This document shows, in pieces, positions 59,732-63,461 of a stretch of DNA of 63,461 nt. The translations under genes were made by a program, and so were the position numbers. This stretch comes from Bacteroidia bacterium (GTDB lineage Bacteria; Bacteroidota; Bacteroidia; Bacteroidales; Dysgonomonadaceae): assembly GCA_030538215.1 (NCBI GenBank), contig JAUNUM010000001.1, forward strand, positions 1 through 63,461, written 5' to 3'. How positions within the stretch are numbered: the stretch's first letter is position 1; each line of letters starts with the position of its first letter. The notes below the pieces were generated by a model that was not told the DNA's origin, ran no database searches, and saw nothing but the letters and a program-made list of their open reading frames with translations.

Positions 59732-60496
59732 TTAAGCATTTTTTTCTATTATTTCCTGAGCTAATTGCATATGATTTATGGCGCCACGCGATCCGGCATC
59801 GTACATAAGTGCGGGTTTGGCGTGACTCTGCGATTCGCTAAGCGTAATATTTCGCTGAATAACCGTATTGAATACCAGCTCTTTAAAATGGCTCTTTACT
59901 TCTTCGTAAATCTGATTATGTAAACGCAGGCGAGTATCGTACATGGTGAGTGCAAAACCTTCAATTTCAAGGCTTGTATTCAGTTTCGATTTAATAATTT
60001 TAATGGTATTCAGTAGCTTACTTAATCCTTCGAGAGCAAAATACTCGCATTGAACCGGAATAATAACTGAGTCGGAAGCAGTTAAAGCATTCACGGTGAT
60101 AATTCCAAGCGATGGAGAACAATCGATAAGAATGTAATCGTAGTTCTCTCGCAACGGATTTAACAAATCGCGCAAGCGCTTTTCACGATTATCCATCTGC
60201 ACCATTTCCAACTCGGCTCCTACCAAATTGATATGTGACGGGATGATATCGATATTTTCGAAAGGCGTTTTCATAACCGTATCGGCCGGTTTACATTTAT
60301 CTATAAGCCCCTCGTAAATGGTAAATTTCAGTGTTCTGATATCAACACCCAATCCTGATGAAGCATTCGCTTGCGGATCTGCATCCACAACAAGTACTTT
60401 TTTTTCTAAAGCAGCTAAAGATGCCGCTAAATTAATAGTGGTAGTGGTTTTTCCCACTCCACCTTTTTGATTTGCTAATGCAATAATTTTGCCCAT
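59732..60496 (-). CDS. parA: ParA/Soj partitioning ATPase
   Basis: Deviant Walker A KGGVGKTT directly after MGKIIALANQ. The ORF-track start at 60643 is upstream; the ATG at 60496 gives the canonical ParA N-terminus. Confidence 0.85.
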   Translation of the reverse strand: MGKIIALANQKGGVGKTTTTINLAASLAALEKKVLVVDADPQANASSGLGVDIRTLKFTIYEGLIDKCKPADTVMKTPFENIDIIPSHINLVGAELEMVQMDNREKRLRDLLNPLRENYDYILIDCSPSLGIITVNALTASDSVIIPVQCEYFALEGLSKLLNTIKIIKSKLNTSLEIEGFALTMYDTRLRLHNQIYEEVKSHFKELVFNTVIQRNITLSESQSHAKPALMYDAGSRGAINHMQLAQEIIEKNA

Positions 60497-60750
60497 TAAT
60501 TCTTTTCCTAAATGAAATGACAAAATAAGCAATAATTCCTTTAATTCTATGTTAATTAAATAAAACGTTATGTTTTTTGTTGAAAAAAGATTGGGTTTCG
60601 TGTTATTACCATAAATACTTAGAAATTGTTTTGACGGATTCAAAACAATTTCTAAGTATTAATTTTCTTAATTACTCTACACAAATAACTTTTGAAATTA
60701 CAGTACATGTGAAGATTTTTCCTTTCCGTTAATCTAAAAAGCAATTTCTA

Positions 60751-62085
60751 TCACTCCCACATAAACTCATCTTCTTTATAAGCTTTTCCCAGTAAATTAT
60801 CTTTCTCAAAGAAAAACTCCTCCTCTCCAAAAGCCGGTTTTAGTTCATCTAACCAAGTGGCGGTTGCACTATATTCAGCAAAGAACGGTATATCTACCAA
60901 ATTGGGATTGCGACATTGCAGAAATCGCAATACAAACACTTTTTCGCCCTTCACTTCCGATACGCCCAACACTTGCACTTTTCCAGGACTACAACTCATG
61001 CTTGGACCTCTTACCGTGCGTGCAATACCACTTACGTTAGCATAAGCTTTTCTAAAAATATTCCATGCCTTAACAAGCGGTAACTCAAAAAACGCTTTTG
61101 AGCCGGTATCACGGGCTACGAACATATAATAAGGAATCAATCCGAGACGAACTTGCTCTTTCCACATTGTTGACCAAATTTCGGGTTTATCATTAATATT
61201 CCGCATCAACGGCGATTGTGTTCGCATCTGTGCTCCCGTATTTCGAATACGGTCAATGGCCTGCTTCACAGCATCGGTGGAAAGTTCAGCCGGATGATTA
61301 AAATGCGTTTGAAGCGCCAAATGCTTGCCCGCCTTATGAACTTTTTCGAATAAAGCGAGAAGTTCATCCGCATCCTGATCCGTCAGAAAGCGATATGGCC
61401 AATAAGCCAAAACCTTGGAGCCGATTCTGATATTCTGGATATGATCAAATTCTTTCGACAACAGTGGTTCAATATAGTTTGCCAAAACTCTTGCTTTTGT
61501 TGTTAACGGATCTCCACCGGTAAAAAGCACATCGGTAACTTTTTTATTCTTAAGTAAGTATCGATGCAGCAAATCAGCTTCTTTCATCGCAAACCTCAAA
61601 TCTTTTAAACCGGTAAACTGCGGCCAGCGGAAGCAAAATGTACAATACGCGTGACACGTTTGCCCCTGACTGGGAAAAAACAACGCTGTTTCACGATATT
61701 TGTGCTGTATGCCATGCAGCTTTTTACCTTCGAACGAGGGTATATTATATTCTTGTCCTGCCGGATTCGGATTCAACTTAAGTCTTATTTTATTGATTTC
61801 TTCCTGAAAAGTTTGTGAAGCTTGTGGCCCCTCCTCTGTCCGCAGCAGTACTAATACTTTATTATAGTGCGACTTAGACAACATTTCTCTTCGAGGAAAT
61901 GTGAGCGTAAAAATAGGATCGTTGGGAACATTGCTCCAATCTATAAGCTGTTCAACAACATAGTTATTCGCCTTAAAAGGAAGAACGTTTCCTACTACTC
62001 GGATAGCTTCAATTTGTTCGGATGATAAGTTGGATATTTGTGGTAATTGTTTGTAACTGTGTAAGGTGTAATTTTTGTACTTCAT
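60751..62085 (-). CDS. KamA family radical SAM protein (lysine 2,3-aminomutase-like)
   Basis: CHAYCTFCFRW radical-SAM cysteine triad typical of the KamA family; 444 aa. Confidence 0.75.
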   Translation of the reverse strand: MKYKNYTLHSYKQLPQISNLSSEQIEAIRVVGNVLPFKANNYVVEQLIDWSNVPNDPIFTLTFPRREMLSKSHYNKVLVLLRTEEGPQASQTFQEEINKIRLKLNPNPAGQEYNIPSFEGKKLHGIQHKYRETALFFPSQGQTCHAYCTFCFRWPQFTGLKDLRFAMKEADLLHRYLLKNKKVTDVLFTGGDPLTTKARVLANYIEPLLSKEFDHIQNIRIGSKVLAYWPYRFLTDQDADELLALFEKVHKAGKHLALQTHFNHPAELSTDAVKQAIDRIRNTGAQMRTQSPLMRNINDKPEIWSTMWKEQVRLGLIPYYMFVARDTGSKAFFELPLVKAWNIFRKAYANVSGIARTVRGPSMSCSPGKVQVLGVSEVKGEKVFVLRFLQCRNPNLVDIPFFAEYSATATWLDELKPAFGEEEFFFEKDNLLGKAYKEDEFMWE

Positions 62086-62380
62086 TATTTATTTTTCTGT
62101 TTTCTTAATCTCATCAATACTCATAAATCTTACGAGCTATTTACAAATATAAAAAAAAATAAGAAAAATCCATGACACAAAAACACTCTTTTTGTTTTTT
62201 TTCGCTTTTTTAGGAGAATACACTTTCTTTTTGTGTCTTTTTTGGCGTTTTTTCTAACATTTATTTCAAATATCATGAAGAAACACACTCTTTTTGCAAT
62301 TTCGAAGAAACAGATTAAATTCAAATAATAAATTCAATACTTTTCCCTATCATTCTGCTACCTTATTCGCACTTTTTTAG

Positions 62381-62388
62381 TACTTTTG
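62381..62388 (+). promoter_or_regulatory. candidate -7 element (TACTTTTG) for pta
   Basis: TAnnTTTG about 68 bp upstream of the ATG at 62456. Confidence 0.35.
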
Positions 62389-62455
62389 TGAAAAATACAT
62401 TTAAATTGAAAATCGAAACCCGATTATTATTGGAAAACCAAATATTATTCAAATA

Positions 62456-63461
62456 ATGAACTTATTAGACAACATTATCGCGCGTGCAAAAGCCGATAAA
62501 CAACGTATTGTCCTGCCCGAAGGCACGGAAAAACGCACACTCCAAGCTGCCAATCAGCTTGTTCGCGACGGAATAGCTGAAATTATTCTTATCGGAAATC
62601 CGGTAGAGATAAAAGCGGTGGCTAACGAAATGAAACTTCAACATACCGGAAAAGCCACTGTTATTGACCCGAAAAATCACAACAAAAAACAAACTTATAT
62701 TGATTTACTCGTAGAGTTACGCAAATCAAAAGGAATGACACCCGAAAAAGCTGCCGTTTTAGTTGAAGACCCGCTTTATTTAGCATGCCTGATGATTAAA
62801 AACGGCGATGCCGATGGTGAAATTGCCGGTGCACAAAACACCACAGGCGACGTACTTCGCCCCGCTCTACAAATCATAAAAACATCTCCGGGTGTAAATG
62901 TAGTATCCGGTGCATTTATTATGTTCACACAAACATCTCAATACGGTGAAAATGGTACGCTTATTTTTGCCGATTGCGCCGTAATGCCTAATCCCAATGC
63001 ACAAGAATTGGCATCAATCGCCATAGCATCGGCACAAACGGCACGCGGCATTGTTGGAGTTGAACCGCGTGTAGCCATGTTGAGTTTTTCAACCAAAGGA
63101 AGCGCACAGCACGAGATGGTTGACAAAGTTGTAGAAGCCACTCGCATTGCCAAAGAAATTGCACCAAACTTACTTATCGATGGCGAACTGCAAGCCGATG
63201 CAGCATTGGTTGCATCTGTAGCCACAAGCAAAGCTCCCGAAAGCTTAGTTGCCGGACATGCCAACGTATTGGTTTTCCCCACATTAGAAGCTGGAAACAT
63301 TGGCTACAAACTTGTTCAGCGATTGGGAAATGCCGAAGCCGTTGGTCCTATATTGCAAGGAATGGCAGCCCCCGTAAACGATTTGTCTCGTGGCTGTTCG
63401 GTTGACGACATTTACAAAATGGTAGCTATAACCGCCAATCAGGCCATTGCAGTAAAATCGA
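62456..63461 (+). CDS. pta: phosphate acetyltransferase, 5' partial, running off the window end
   Basis: Hand translation from the ATG at 62456 gives MNLLDNIIARAKADKQRIVLPEGTEKRTLQAANQLVRDGIAEIILIGN…, the canonical Pta N-terminus. There is no stop before 63461. The ORF track does not list it. Confidence 0.85.
   Translation, partial: MNLLDNIIARAKADKQRIVLPEGTEKRTLQAANQLVRDGIAEIILIGNPVEIKAVANEMKLQHTGKATVIDPKNHNKKQTYIDLLVELRKSKGMTPEKAAVLVEDPLYLACLMIKNGDADGEIAGAQNTTGDVLRPALQIIKTSPGVNVVSGAFIMFTQTSQYGENGTLIFADCAVMPNPNAQELASIAIASAQTARGIVGVEPRVAMLSFSTKGSAQHEMVDKVVEATRIAKEIAPNLLIDGELQADAALVASVATSKAPESLVAGHANVLVFPTLEAGNIGYKLVQRLGNAEAVGPILQGMAAPVNDLSRGCSVDDIYKMVAITANQAIAVKS

Noticed and set aside
60497-60643. 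ORF-track N-terminal extension of parA
   Set aside because: ParA proteins begin immediately before the KGGVGKTT P-loop. The upstream 49 codons are AT-rich and unconserved-looking.
62130-62324. 64-aa minus-strand ORF in the kamA / pta divergent region
   Set aside because: It lies within a T-rich promoter region containing the ACACTCTTTTTG repeats and translates to a K/F-rich low-complexity string.

Overview
This looks like a low-GC chromosomal segment from a Bacteroidota (Bacteroidales-like) genome. It is densely packed with housekeeping genes and carries a few accessory insertions. Identifications rest on motifs I read in the supplied translations and on gene order; no database search was run.

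Genes recognised:
- Replication, repair and translation: dnaA, rnhB, radA, recR, parA/parB, rplM-rpsI, rpsB-tsf, and prfB with its programmed +1 frameshift.
- Metabolism: rpe, lipA-lipB, serC-serA, tal, and a 5' partial pta at the window end.
- An intact eight-gene Bat (Bacteroides aerotolerance-type) operon, moxR-DUF58-hyp-batA-batB-batC-batD-batE, on the minus strand at 22990-31758.
- Other recognisable genes: a BlaI/BlaR1-TonB pair, a flotillin/YqiJ pair, a T9SS-tailed trypsin-like protease, a ClC channel, an IS1-family insertion at about 583-1333, a HigB/HigA toxin-antitoxin pair next to a frameshifted GNAT gene and a small AT-rich repeat protein, and one tRNA-Cys.

No CRISPR array and no rRNA were seen.

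The features least explained by ordinary annotation are noncoding:
1. A dispersed GC-rich palindrome family (core AGAGACGGTGCnnGCACCGTCTCT) in at least six intergenic or intercistronic sites. Two copies form convergent terminators.
2. Arrays of 7-bp tandem repeats (GTTGGCT / AACAGCC type) abutting or overlapping start codons of bat-operon genes and recR, often as inverted pairs flanking 65-90 bp AT-rich spacers.
3. A recurring TTACGAA / GAATTAC motif. It forms a perfect dyad over the blaI promoter and is repeated directly upstream of blaR1 and inside bat-operon intergenic regions.

The tex gene is strikingly GC-rich relative to its surroundings.
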